Shown here: positions 1 through 12,985 of the stretch, piece after piece | Layout of the letters: each line of letters begins with the position of its first letter | Position numbering within the stretch: position 1 is the first letter of the stretch | Assembly (NCBI GenBank): GCA_018649245.1 | Contig: JABIIH010000253.1 | Span: forward strand, 1 to 39,563 | From: Rhodospirillaceae bacterium | Lineage (GTDB): Bacteria; Pseudomonadota; Alphaproteobacteria; Rhodospirillales; UBA2165 | Length of the DNA stretch: 39,563 bases | Direction: 5' to 3' | Notes under the pieces: generated by a model | The model's input: the letters and a program-made list of their open reading frames with translations, nothing else | Database searches by the model: none | What the model was told of the DNA's origin: nothing | Program-made: the position numbers and the translations under genes

Positions 1-22
1 ACCAGGGATTAATGCTGGAAGA

Positions 23-655
23 TTAGCTGGCAGAAGACCCGAGAAAGGCAATTTTTTTATCGAGGGCCTCAATCAGTCCTGAAACTTTGCCGCCGCTATT
101 GCGGATAACGGAAACAAACTCGGAGCGCTGGGTTTGAATCCAGCTGACGCCTTCAACCACAATATCAATAATCTGATACCTCCCATCGGTAAATTTTACC
201 CGCCAGATAATGCGTATCGGCTTAGCGCTTGAGCGGTTGATGCGGGTTTTTACAAAGGCAGAACTTTTTCGGCTGGTTGTTTCGCTAATTTGTAAGTTAG
301 CATTGGTATAAGCTTTGAAGCGTTTGGTAAAAGTCGCGATGATAAATTCTTCGAATAAATTCAGATATTGCTGTTGTTCCTGACGGGAAGCGCGACGCCA
401 GTACCGGCCCAACACCCACTTGGCGACGCCATTAAGATCAAAGGTGTCTAGCATCAAGACGCGAAATCGATTTTGTCGTTCTTTGAGCGTTATATTTTCA
501 ATCAGTAGGGATTTTTGTGCTCGATCAGACAAGGTGCTAATAAATTTTTGGGCGCCATCGGTAAATTCATCAGCTTGGACCGGCGGGGTCTGCAGGGTAA
601 CGCCCACCCAGAGCCCAAAAACAGCGGCAATAAAACCGCGACGGCTGATGCTCAT
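23..655 (-). CDS. mlaC: MlaC/Ttg2D-family periplasmic phospholipid-binding protein
   Basis: 210 aa with N-terminal export signal (SRRGFI...VQA). Family motifs FDLNGVAKWVLGRYWR and IIDIVVEGVSWIQTQRSEF. Overlaps the mlaA stop by 4 nt. Confidence 0.88.
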   Translation of the reverse strand: MSISRRGFIAAVFGLWVGVTLQTPPVQADEFTDGAQKFISTLSDRAQKSLLIENITLKERQNRFRVLMLDTFDLNGVAKWVLGRYWRRASRQEQQQYLNLFEEFIIATFTKRFKAYTNANLQISETTSRKSSAFVKTRINRSSAKPIRIIWRVKFTDGRYQIIDIVVEGVSWIQTQRSEFVSVIRNSGGKVSGLIEALDKKIAFLGSSAS

Positions 656-1506
656 TTTTCAGTACCGGAATTTTTCCCAGAAATATTTTTAACACCACTG
701 TCGGCGGGCTGATCATTGGGATCATCCAACTCAAAATTATCAGAGAAATTCGGCGTCTCGTTATTTTTAGAACCGGCGCCATTTGAGATGTCTTCGTTTC
801 GGCGCTGACGATAAAGACTGCGAATTGCAGCATAGAAATCGATCGAAGATTTTTTGAGATCATCGAGGACGTCCCATAACTGGTCGCGAGTATCAATGCC
901 GCTGATGATCGTGCGGGTCAAAGGAACCCAATCATTGTCAGAATTCTCTGCCCACCAATTGATCGGATCGAGGAAAAAGTCAACGACTTTGCCAATGGCA
1001 TCCCGTGGATTGGACGGCCCAAACAGCGGCAGCATAATATAAGGGCCTTCACCGACACCCCAGACTGCCAGGGTTTGGCCAAAGTCTTCGTCATGTGGCT
1101 CCCATCCCCAATCGGCTGCTTGGTCACGGAAGCCGGCGATGCCGGCAGTCGAGTTGATGACAAACCTAATGATGGTATCACCGGCGCGTTCAGATTCACC
1201 CTGCAGAACATCATTGGCCAACACGACCGGTGTTTTTAAATTGTTGAGAAAATTGTGCACGCCAGTACGGACGACTTCCGGAAACAGTGCTCGATAAAGT
1301 GACGTTACCGGTTTGATGATGCCTTTATCAAGACCTTGGTTAAAACTAAAAATAAAGCGATTGGTCGGTTCTATTGGATCATTTATTTTATTGTATTCAG
1401 CCAGCGCTTCGGCATCGTCTCTTGGTGCTGAGGCGCAGCTTGCCAAGGTGACCATTGCTAATAAAAGCACTGAAATTTTCAAGAACGATTTTATCTTTCC
1501 GCGCAC
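652..1506 (-). CDS. mlaA: MlaA/VacJ outer-membrane lipoprotein
   Basis: Lipobox LASC; motifs DPIEPTNRFIFSFN, EDFGQTLAVWGVGEGPYIMLPLFGPSNPRD and DFYAAIRSLYRQRR. GTG start. Confidence 0.92.
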   Translation of the reverse strand: MRGKIKSFLKISVLLLAMVTLASCASAPRDDAEALAEYNKINDPIEPTNRFIFSFNQGLDKGIIKPVTSLYRALFPEVVRTGVHNFLNNLKTPVVLANDVLQGESERAGDTIIRFVINSTAGIAGFRDQAADWGWEPHDEDFGQTLAVWGVGEGPYIMLPLFGPSNPRDAIGKVVDFFLDPINWWAENSDNDWVPLTRTIISGIDTRDQLWDVLDDLKKSSIDFYAAIRSLYRQRRNEDISNGAGSKNNETPNFSDNFELDDPNDQPADSGVKNISGKNSGTEK

Positions 1507-1917
1507 CGATTTTTATCCTGTTTTTGTTGCCCAGTATAGGCGAGCTAACTTCAAACTTTTTTTAATTCACTAAGCCAATACACTAAACCTAGCGCAAAAA
1601 AAAACTAATACCCAACATATTGAGGAAACAATCTTAATAACGGATTACAACTTTCCACCCTATTTTGGCGTAATCTTAAACACTCTACACAGAAATTACA
1701 GCGCTCAAGTTAAAAAAACACTTCTAAAAACCCATATTTATCGAGTGTTAGTGATGTATGTTGTATTTAAGCAACACTCTCAGCCAATTTTCCGGTACTC
1801 GATTAGAAAGAAGTGTTTGAAGAAATAGGATCCTCGCCGTTTTCGATCATGCCTCTCGCGTTATTTTTGTCCTCATAAATAAATGGGAACGAACCACTCA
1901 TTTTTAAAGCTTGAATA

Positions 1918-1947
1918 TATATAAAGAAATACTTATATCTTTATATA
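1918..1947. promoter_or_regulatory. Palindromic operator upstream of sahR, probable SahR autoregulatory site
   Basis: TATATAAAGA-N10-TCTTTATATA is a perfect 10-bp dyad. It contains ATATAAAGAAATACTTATAT (1919-1938), which resembles the ~20-bp SahR box as I recall it. Ends 27 nt before the sahR start. Confidence 0.65.
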
Positions 1948-1974
1948 GTTTATTTAATTACGGCTGGCAAGATT

Positions 1975-2901
1975 TTGGACAATTTAATTACGACTTTGAA
2001 AGCAGTGGCAGAGCCAACGCGGCTGCGTTTATTGGCGCTTTGCTCCCAAGGCGAATTCACAGTCAGTGAGCTTGTGCAAATTCTTGGTCAATCCCAGCCT
2101 CGGGTGTCCCGCCATTTAAAGTTATTGTGTGATGCCGGCTTGCTGCAAAAACTGCGTGAAGGCAGTTGGATGTTTTATCGGTTTGCCCCGGATGAAAAGG
2201 CCGCATCGCTGGCCGATCAATTGTTGTCATTCATTCCCAAAGATGACGCCATGATAATTCTGGATCAAAAACGACTTAAAGAAGTTAAGGCTGAGCGAAG
2301 TAAAGCGGCAACCGACTATTTTCGTCAGAATGCCATGCATTGGGATAAAATTAGAGCCCTGCATGTCGATGCCGTGGAGGTTGAGCAGACCGTCAGTGAT
2401 ATTTTACTTGAGAAACCGGGCGAAAAATTTCTCGATATTGGTACCGGTACCGGTCGTATGTTGGAGCTGATCGCACCCCATTTCCAAGCAGCGGAGGGTA
2501 TCGATCAATCGCATGAAATGCTGGCCATTGCCCGCGACAATCTGGACCGGGCAAAGATCAGAAATTGTCAGTTGCGTCAGGGCGATATGTACCAATTGCC
2601 GTTTCCTGATCAAAGTTTCGATGCGGCATGCCTCCATATGGTTCTGCATTTTGCCGATGAACCAGCAAAAGTAATTGCCGATGCGGCACGTATTCTCAAA
2701 CCTGGCGGCAGATTGCTTGTCATTGATTTGGCGCCGCATAGTTTGGAAGAACTGAGAAAAAAATATCATCACCGCCGGCTCGGTTTCTCTGATGGAGAAA
2801 TTGTTCATTGGTATCAAAGAAATGGCCTGCAATTTAAATCACCGGTGCATCTGCCGGGTGGGCAGCTGACTGTTGCTTTGTGGCTCGGCATCAAGAATTA
2901 G
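1975..2901 (+). CDS. sahR: ArsR-family HTH fused to a SAM-dependent methyltransferase-like sensor domain (SahR-type regulator of methionine/SAM cycle genes)
   Basis: ArsR motifs LKAVAEPTRLRLL and SQPRVSRHLKLL; C-terminal motif I LDIGTGTG. First gene of the metF-metH run. TTG start. Confidence 0.85.
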   Translation: MDNLITTLKAVAEPTRLRLLALCSQGEFTVSELVQILGQSQPRVSRHLKLLCDAGLLQKLREGSWMFYRFAPDEKAASLADQLLSFIPKDDAMIILDQKRLKEVKAERSKAATDYFRQNAMHWDKIRALHVDAVEVEQTVSDILLEKPGEKFLDIGTGTGRMLELIAPHFQAAEGIDQSHEMLAIARDNLDRAKIRNCQLRQGDMYQLPFPDQSFDAACLHMVLHFADEPAKVIADAARILKPGGRLLVIDLAPHSLEELRKKYHHRRLGFSDGEIVHWYQRNGLQFKSPVHLPGGQLTVALWLGIKN

Positions 2902-7504
<4,603 letters not shown>

Positions 7505-7532
7505 ATTTTGACTTTTGAGCTTTGGGGTTGTC

Positions 7533-8387
7533 GTGACACCAGAATTTGTTTTGACCATGAGCTGCCCGGATAAAGCCGGGATCGTCGCCGCCACGACCGG
7601 CTGTCTGGCTGAGCTCGATTGCTTTATCACCAAGACCGCGCATTTTGCCGATAGCGAAACCGCGCGGTTTTTTGGCCGCATGGTGTTTCGGATAGATCAA
7701 CAGGGCTTGTCACCGGATGATGTGCGCAAGGCTTTTCAGGCTGTTGCTGATCGCTTCGAAATGGATTGGCAGATGCGCAACAAAGCAAATAATAAACGCG
7801 TGCTGATCATGGTGTCGAAGCCGGAGCATTGCCTCAACGATCTCCTCTACCGCTATCGCATCGGGGCGATGCCTATGGAGGTAACGGCGATTGTCTCCAA
7901 TCACCTGGATTTAAAGCCGCTCGCCGATTGGCATGACATTCCCTATCATCACCTGCCGGTCAGCAAAGATACCAAGCAGGATCAGGAAGCCGCTCTGTTG
8001 AAGATTATTGAGGATACCAACACAGATTTGATTGTGTTGGCGCGTTATATGCAAATTCTGACGCCTGAATTTATTACCAAGCTATACCCCCGCGTGATCA
8101 ATATTCATCATTCTTTCCTGCCGGGCTTCAAAGGTGCCAAGCCCTATCATCAAGCCCACGCCAGAGGTGTTAAAATCATTGGCGCGACGGCTCATTTTGT
8201 GACTGAAGATTTGGACGAAGGGCCGATTATCACTCAAGCAATCGAGCGGGTTGACCACACTCAAACGCCGGAAGATTTGGCGGCAGTCGGCCGTGATGTC
8301 GAGAGCCAAGTGCTGGCGCGGGGGATGCGGGCGGTGCTTGAAGACCGGGTACTGCTCAACGGCCATCGCACCATCGTATTCAGATAA
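7533..8387 (+). CDS. purU: Formyltetrahydrofolate deformylase
   Basis: N-terminal ACT domain (SCPDKAGIVAA), HCLNDLLYR, INIHHSFLPGFKGAKPYHQAHARGVKIIGATAH and LDEGPII. GTG start at 7533 inferred from an upstream GGGG; start uncertain. Confidence 0.95.
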   Translation: MTPEFVLTMSCPDKAGIVAATTGCLAELDCFITKTAHFADSETARFFGRMVFRIDQQGLSPDDVRKAFQAVADRFEMDWQMRNKANNKRVLIMVSKPEHCLNDLLYRYRIGAMPMEVTAIVSNHLDLKPLADWHDIPYHHLPVSKDTKQDQEAALLKIIEDTNTDLIVLARYMQILTPEFITKLYPRVINIHHSFLPGFKGAKPYHQAHARGVKIIGATAHFVTEDLDEGPIITQAIERVDHTQTPEDLAAVGRDVESQVLARGMRAVLEDRVLLNGHRTIVFR

Positions 8388-8410
8388 ATTTTTTGCGCAT
8401 TGGATTGGAT

Positions 8411-8878
8411 ATGACCGAAGCTAAAAACAGCGACCGTTATTTCGAAGATTACACGCCTGACGAGGTCGTTATTATCGGTGAAGTAGAAGTTGATGAAGAG
8501 GAAATGATCAGCTTCGCCCGAGCGTACGATCCTCAAAGTATTCATATTGATCGGGAAAAAGCGATCGATGGTCCGTTTAATGGTCTGATTGCCAGCGGTT
8601 GGCTCACCGGCAGCTTGATGATGCGATTTTTCGCCCAAAATTTTCTATCTGAAATTTCCAGTATTGCTTCGCCGGGATTGGATGAAGTGCGTTGGCTGGC
8701 GCCGGTTCGCCCTGGAGATGTTTTAACTTTTCGGGTTACGACTACAGAGACCCGACGCTCGCAAACCAAACCTGACCGCGGTATTGTCAAAACCTTTACT
8801 GAAATACTCAACCAGGATGAGGTTGTGGTCATGAGCACAAAAAACGTCAACGTCATCTATTGCCGCAATCCTGCATAA
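8411..8878 (+). CDS. MaoC-family hot-dog-fold dehydratase
   Basis: Motifs YFEDY, FARAYDPQSIHID, GLIASGW and VRWLAPVRPGD. ATG at 8411. Confidence 0.88.
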   Translation: MTEAKNSDRYFEDYTPDEVVIIGEVEVDEEEMISFARAYDPQSIHIDREKAIDGPFNGLIASGWLTGSLMMRFFAQNFLSEISSIASPGLDEVRWLAPVRPGDVLTFRVTTTETRRSQTKPDRGIVKTFTEILNQDEVVVMSTKNVNVIYCRNPA

Positions 8879-8908
8879 TAATTATCTGACAAAAAAATAG
8901 ATTTTTGG

Positions 8909-8959
8909 TTGATGTGCTTAAAGTCTTCTGTTATAAAATGGTCAAAATTAAATGACTAT
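8909..8959 (+). promoter_or_regulatory. Sigma70-type promoter plus dyad operator of the toxin-antitoxin operon
   Basis: TTGATG (8909-8914), 17-nt spacer, TATAAA (8932-8937) with an extended TGn. Followed by ATGGTCA-N8-TGACTAT (8938-8959, one mismatch), a typical position for antitoxin autorepression. Confidence 0.55.
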
Positions 8960-8970
8960 GGTAATAATAA

Positions 8971-9201
8971 ATGGACAATTTGGAGCGAGAACTTCCGGCC
9001 GGTGAGTTTAAGGCAACCTGTCTGAAGATTATGGATGAAGTCTCACAAGACCGGCGCAGCGTCACCGTCACCAAGCACGGCAAGCCGGTGGCGCGAATGG
9101 TGCCGGTTAAAGAGCAGCCGGGTTCACCCTTTGGCTGGCTTAAAGGCTCGGTGACCTTGGCCGGCGATATTGTCGGCGCGCCAAGAGAGGTGGCGAGTTA
9201 A
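8971..9201 (+). CDS. Phd/YefM-family antitoxin
   Basis: 76 aa; AGEFKATCLKIMDEV and VTVTKHGKPVARMVP. Immediately upstream of a PIN toxin. Confidence 0.9.
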   Translation: MDNLERELPAGEFKATCLKIMDEVSQDRRSVTVTKHGKPVARMVPVKEQPGSPFGWLKGSVTLAGDIVGAPREVAS

Positions 9202-9211
9202 ATACAAATGA

Positions 9212-9619
9212 ATGCTGGTATTGGATACACATGTCTGGGTTTGGCTGGTCAGCGGGATTGAAGCGATGGGCCAGCAAACACTCACAACAATTGAAGCAGC
9301 AGCCAAGGCGGGCGAAGTCACTATACCCGCCGCTTCGGTTTGGGAAATTGCAATGTGGGAAAAGCGGGGGCTGGTTGTGCTCGCTAAACCCTGTGCCCAT
9401 TGGGTGGCGGATGCAGTTTCGGCGCCTGGATTATCGGTCCAGCCGATGACGTCAGAAATCGCAGTTGAAGCCGTCAACCTGCCGGGATCGTTTAAAGGTG
9501 ATCAAGCGGATCGGATGATTGTGGCGACGGCGCGGCTGTGCGGAGGCCAAGTGGTCACAGCGGATCAACGCATTATGGATTACGGTCAGGCCGGGTATGT
9601 TGGGGTTCTGGCGGCTTGA
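9212..9619 (+). CDS. vapC: PIN-domain (VapC) ribonuclease toxin
   Basis: LDTHVWVW, SVWEIAM, DQADRMIVATA and VVTADQRI retain the acidic PIN residues. Confidence 0.9.
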   Translation: MLVLDTHVWVWLVSGIEAMGQQTLTTIEAAAKAGEVTIPAASVWEIAMWEKRGLVVLAKPCAHWVADAVSAPGLSVQPMTSEIAVEAVNLPGSFKGDQADRMIVATARLCGGQVVTADQRIMDYGQAGYVGVLAA

Positions 9620-9630
9620 GGTTGGATTAA

Positions 9631-10170
9631 TTAATCTGCCAAAAGCCGTCGGCCCCAACGAACTGCACTTTCAAAATCTTCTGAAATCGGAATTTTTGCT
9701 GCCTGCATCGCTCCGGTTACCAAGGCACCTTCACTCAAACCGAAATTTTCGACCACCAAGCCGTCCGGTGCCTGGAGATCACCACTCGTTTCGTTGAGCG
9801 GTAGCTCGAACACATCGTGTAATTTCATTAATCGTGCAGCGTAATCCTCTTTATCCAAACTATAGCCAAGTACCGGCTTGCCGAGGCCCAGCATAAGACC
9901 CATTTCAAGCGCCGTACCAGCTTCGAGACTAGGTCCCCGAAACGGCGACATATTGGCGATCAGCAAATCACAATTCGTGATCAGCTCACGGCATTGATCG
10001 AAAATCTCTCCGGCCATCTTAGCATCACCGTTAAACAGTCGGTCTCCGGCCATATCCAGTTGCGAAACTCCGGCCATGCCATAGCGTTCACAAATAGCTT
10101 TTTTATTATTATCTATGTCTTTGCTATTGGGCAGAAAAATATCCGGACCTGATAAATATACGCGAAACAT
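9631..10170 (-). CDS. Nucleoside 2-deoxyribosyltransferase / N-glycosidase family protein
   Basis: VYLSGPDIF and DLLIANMSPFRGPSLEAGTALEMGLMLGLGKPV, with the catalytic Glu retained. Start moved to ATG 10170. Confidence 0.8.
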   Translation of the reverse strand: MFRVYLSGPDIFLPNSKDIDNNKKAICERYGMAGVSQLDMAGDRLFNGDAKMAGEIFDQCRELITNCDLLIANMSPFRGPSLEAGTALEMGLMLGLGKPVLGYSLDKEDYAARLMKLHDVFELPLNETSGDLQAPDGLVVENFGLSEGALVTGAMQAAKIPISEDFESAVRWGRRLLAD

Positions 10171-10225
10171 CTCATTTCTTTCACTTGTTAAGGATAATCT
10201 CTCTATGGCAGTACCAGAGGTGATT

Positions 10226-11086
10226 TTATCCCATCCACTCAATACATTTTACTAACGATTTTTGCATCTCCGCTGCCGGTAGGTTAATGCGCCGGCCATG
10301 ACCCGGTAAAACCCACTCGAATTTATAGTCCAGTAATGTTTTCATTGAGGTTGTCTGGATGCTCCAATCATACCAGCAGGCGGTGCGAAAGGCGCGGAGA
10401 TTTTGCGCCTCAATGTTCCAAGCCAGGTGATCGCCGGTAAATAAAAAACTCTCTTGGTATAACAGGCAAGCTGAACCCTTGGTGTGGCCTGACACCGGAA
10501 GGATGACCAATTCGTCATCAATTTCAAACGGCTCACTACCGGTAATTTTATGCTCCACCTCGCCGGCACTTGAGACCGCATCATCGATATGGATGAAACG
10601 CTGGCAGCCAAAATGATCGGCATATTTTTGGTGATCAGCGATATCGTCACGATGGGTGAGAAACATTATGTCGAGGCCACCCATTCGCTCGATTTCTTTT
10701 ACCAAAGCGCCGGCAAAGCGGGGAGAATCCACCAAAATATTACCGGCCTGGCGTTGAATAAAATAACTGGTAGCGCCAAAACTGCTTTCAGCATGATAAC
10801 CACAGTGAAACACATTATCGGCTATCAGATCAGGAAATCTGAGCTGCGCATCAATGGCGGTTTTTTGTTCGGTGCCAATCGCACCAACGGGACAGGAAAT
10901 CAGCGCTTTTTGGGCCTGGCGGATGGATTTGGCGCTATCGGGTTGATTGTGGACAAAGGAATTGCTCGCTGCCCCTTTAAAACTTTCCGGCGCGAGCCAA
11001 TTGCAGGTCGAACAGTCAATGCAGCTTTGATCAACATAAAAATTTCCAGCAATATTTTCCGCTAGCCGCAAAGAGGATTTAGCCAC
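10226..11086 (-). CDS. Metallo-beta-lactamase-fold hydrolase with an N-terminal ferredoxin-like Fe-S domain
   Basis: FYVDQSCIDCSTC...CPVGAI, then LTHRDDIADH, GHTKGS, FTGDHL and LPGHG. GTG start at 11086 overlaps the upstream gene's stop. Confidence 0.85.
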   Translation of the reverse strand: MAKSSLRLAENIAGNFYVDQSCIDCSTCNWLAPESFKGAASNSFVHNQPDSAKSIRQAQKALISCPVGAIGTEQKTAIDAQLRFPDLIADNVFHCGYHAESSFGATSYFIQRQAGNILVDSPRFAGALVKEIERMGGLDIMFLTHRDDIADHQKYADHFGCQRFIHIDDAVSSAGEVEHKITGSEPFEIDDELVILPVSGHTKGSACLLYQESFLFTGDHLAWNIEAQNLRAFRTACWYDWSIQTTSMKTLLDYKFEWVLPGHGRRINLPAAEMQKSLVKCIEWMG

Positions 11087-12740
11087 CACACTTGGCTCGG
11101 GCAACCATTGGAAATTGTTTGGCGCGACGGGTAAAGTAACAGGTATTCTGACCTGACCGGCGGCCGTCGATGGCCCGGCAAATGGTTTCATTGTCAGCTT
11201 CATTGAGCGTGACGCCGGCGATCTTGCCTTTGGTATTAAAGGCAAATTCAAGCTGCCACAATTCGGTTGAGGAATCGAGTTGAGCTAAAGTGGCGCGGTG
11301 GCGACCTTTCAGACCATCGCCGCGGCTAAAGCAGCCAAAATGTGAGACTGGTAACGTGAGCAATTGCTCGGTGGCTGTTGCTGGGTCTGTGGATTCGAGT
11401 ATTCGACCACTTTCATTTTGCTTAACATTATCACCAAACAACCAGAATCCAGCGCGATCAAGCAAGCTCAATTTTTCAGCAAGCAAGGAATTCAATTTTA
11501 CTTTTGCAGTTTCGGCTTCACCACGACGCACCATATTTACGAGCCTCGCCACAGTTCTATTCATCGCTGCATTTTTAGGCGTCGCCTGTCTTGTATTGGC
11601 CTTGGTTGGCAATTTCAGTCCTAGTTTTTTGAGCGCTGCTGACTGAGCTTCATTCAAGCAGTCAGTTTGATAGTCAATATCTTTGGCGAACCACGCGTGT
11701 CGATGGATCAGTGCCCACATTAATAAAGCTGTATCCGTCACGCTCAACCCGGCATCATCGGCCAAGGCTGAACTGAGATCACGGCAAGTATCGATAAAGC
11801 CCTCACCTTCGTTGAGCCAGAAATTTACCTGCAATTGTTCTGATCTGGCACCGAGCACCTGCAAAAATTTGTCAATTTCACCGGTTTTTACGGTGATGGA
11901 ATTGTCCGAAGTTTGATTGGCAAAACGGGCTGATTGTAACGCCGGCATGAGTTCAATATTGGCAGTTGGGTCATTCTTTAAGGCTAGATTGCGACCGAAC
12001 AGCTGATCTCGTTCCGGCCCGATATGGAGCTGCATTAAATTATCGTAAAATTTGGCGCGGTGATTTTTAAAAAGCGCTGCCATTTTATCGCTATCGGCAG
12101 CCATTTTTGCTGCCAGCTCACTTGACCACACGGCAGTAATATTTGACCAGCTTTTCGTGGTGTTGAGAATAAATTGAACGTCCTGTTCGGATATTTTTTG
12201 ATCCAAATAATGTATGTCGAGGGCGATGTCAGTGGCCCCGCCAGAAGTGGATTTAACGTGCGGCAGGATTTGGCCGTTGGCGCCGTATAGTTGATCGAAG
12301 GCGCTGCCTTTCGTATCGGTTGATTTTAATATGAGAATGGGTGCCGCCGGCATGGTGTTCTGGGCGGCAACATTTTGGGCTGTTACAATAATCAACGATA
12401 TTGGCTGATCGTAGAATTGCCGGAAAAGTTTGCCAATATTTATGCCGTTTGAAACTTGAACGGCAAGAGCGGAGTAGTCGACCGACTTCAGCGGAGGCTG
12501 AGAAGTTTTGCTAATGGTCAGCTTAGCCAACGCGCTCTGGCCAGCTTGCCGAGGTGTCAAATCAATAAAAACGGGTGGCTTTTCTTGTTGTATTTTTACC
12601 AGAGCCGCCCGTTTGCTTTCTTGGGCTTCGTCGGCTTGCTGTTTAACCAGGAAAAAGGCTACGCCACCCAGCAATATGACCAATCCAACAAGTACGCCAA
12701 TAAGCCGCCTATTCACGTTTATCTCCCGACTGCCGGTCAT
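11079..12740 (-). CDS. Hypothetical membrane-anchored exported protein (553 aa)
   Basis: Long ORF with a single N-terminal hydrophobic segment (LIGVLVGLVILLGGVAFFLV) and six Cys in the C-terminal half. No family recognised. Confidence 0.7.
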   Translation of the reverse strand: MTGSREINVNRRLIGVLVGLVILLGGVAFFLVKQQADEAQESKRAALVKIQQEKPPVFIDLTPRQAGQSALAKLTISKTSQPPLKSVDYSALAVQVSNGINIGKLFRQFYDQPISLIIVTAQNVAAQNTMPAAPILILKSTDTKGSAFDQLYGANGQILPHVKSTSGGATDIALDIHYLDQKISEQDVQFILNTTKSWSNITAVWSSELAAKMAADSDKMAALFKNHRAKFYDNLMQLHIGPERDQLFGRNLALKNDPTANIELMPALQSARFANQTSDNSITVKTGEIDKFLQVLGARSEQLQVNFWLNEGEGFIDTCRDLSSALADDAGLSVTDTALLMWALIHRHAWFAKDIDYQTDCLNEAQSAALKKLGLKLPTKANTRQATPKNAAMNRTVARLVNMVRRGEAETAKVKLNSLLAEKLSLLDRAGFWLFGDNVKQNESGRILESTDPATATEQLLTLPVSHFGCFSRGDGLKGRHRATLAQLDSSTELWQLEFAFNTKGKIAGVTLNEADNETICRAIDGRRSGQNTCYFTRRAKQFPMVARAKCGG

Positions 12741-12985
12741 TCACCAATATTTTAGTCAACCGCATTCAATCTACGCTAGCAGGACTAAGTTAAAGGTTCA
12801 ATCGTCACTAATAATTTCTGATTCTAGCAGCTTGAAACCAAATCTATGTAGATAACAAGTTTGTGCTCTTGGAACGGCCCGAATTTAAAAAAAGTACTTG
12901 GCCTTATTTAATGGATGGTTATGCTCACACTACTAACGGCAATAATAAAGTAGTGATCAGGCAACCGGAGTAGCAGGAGAAGAAG

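Noticed and set aside
1507-1974. SAM or cobalamin riboswitch, or sRNA, upstream of the met operon
   Set aside because: I could not recognise the conserved cores by eye, and a protein operator explains the regulation. An Infernal/Rfam scan would be decisive.
11087-11251. 55-aa N-terminal extension of the MBL protein
   Set aside because: It overlaps the 553-aa gene in another frame, and recognisable ferredoxin-MBL sequence starts at GTG 11086.
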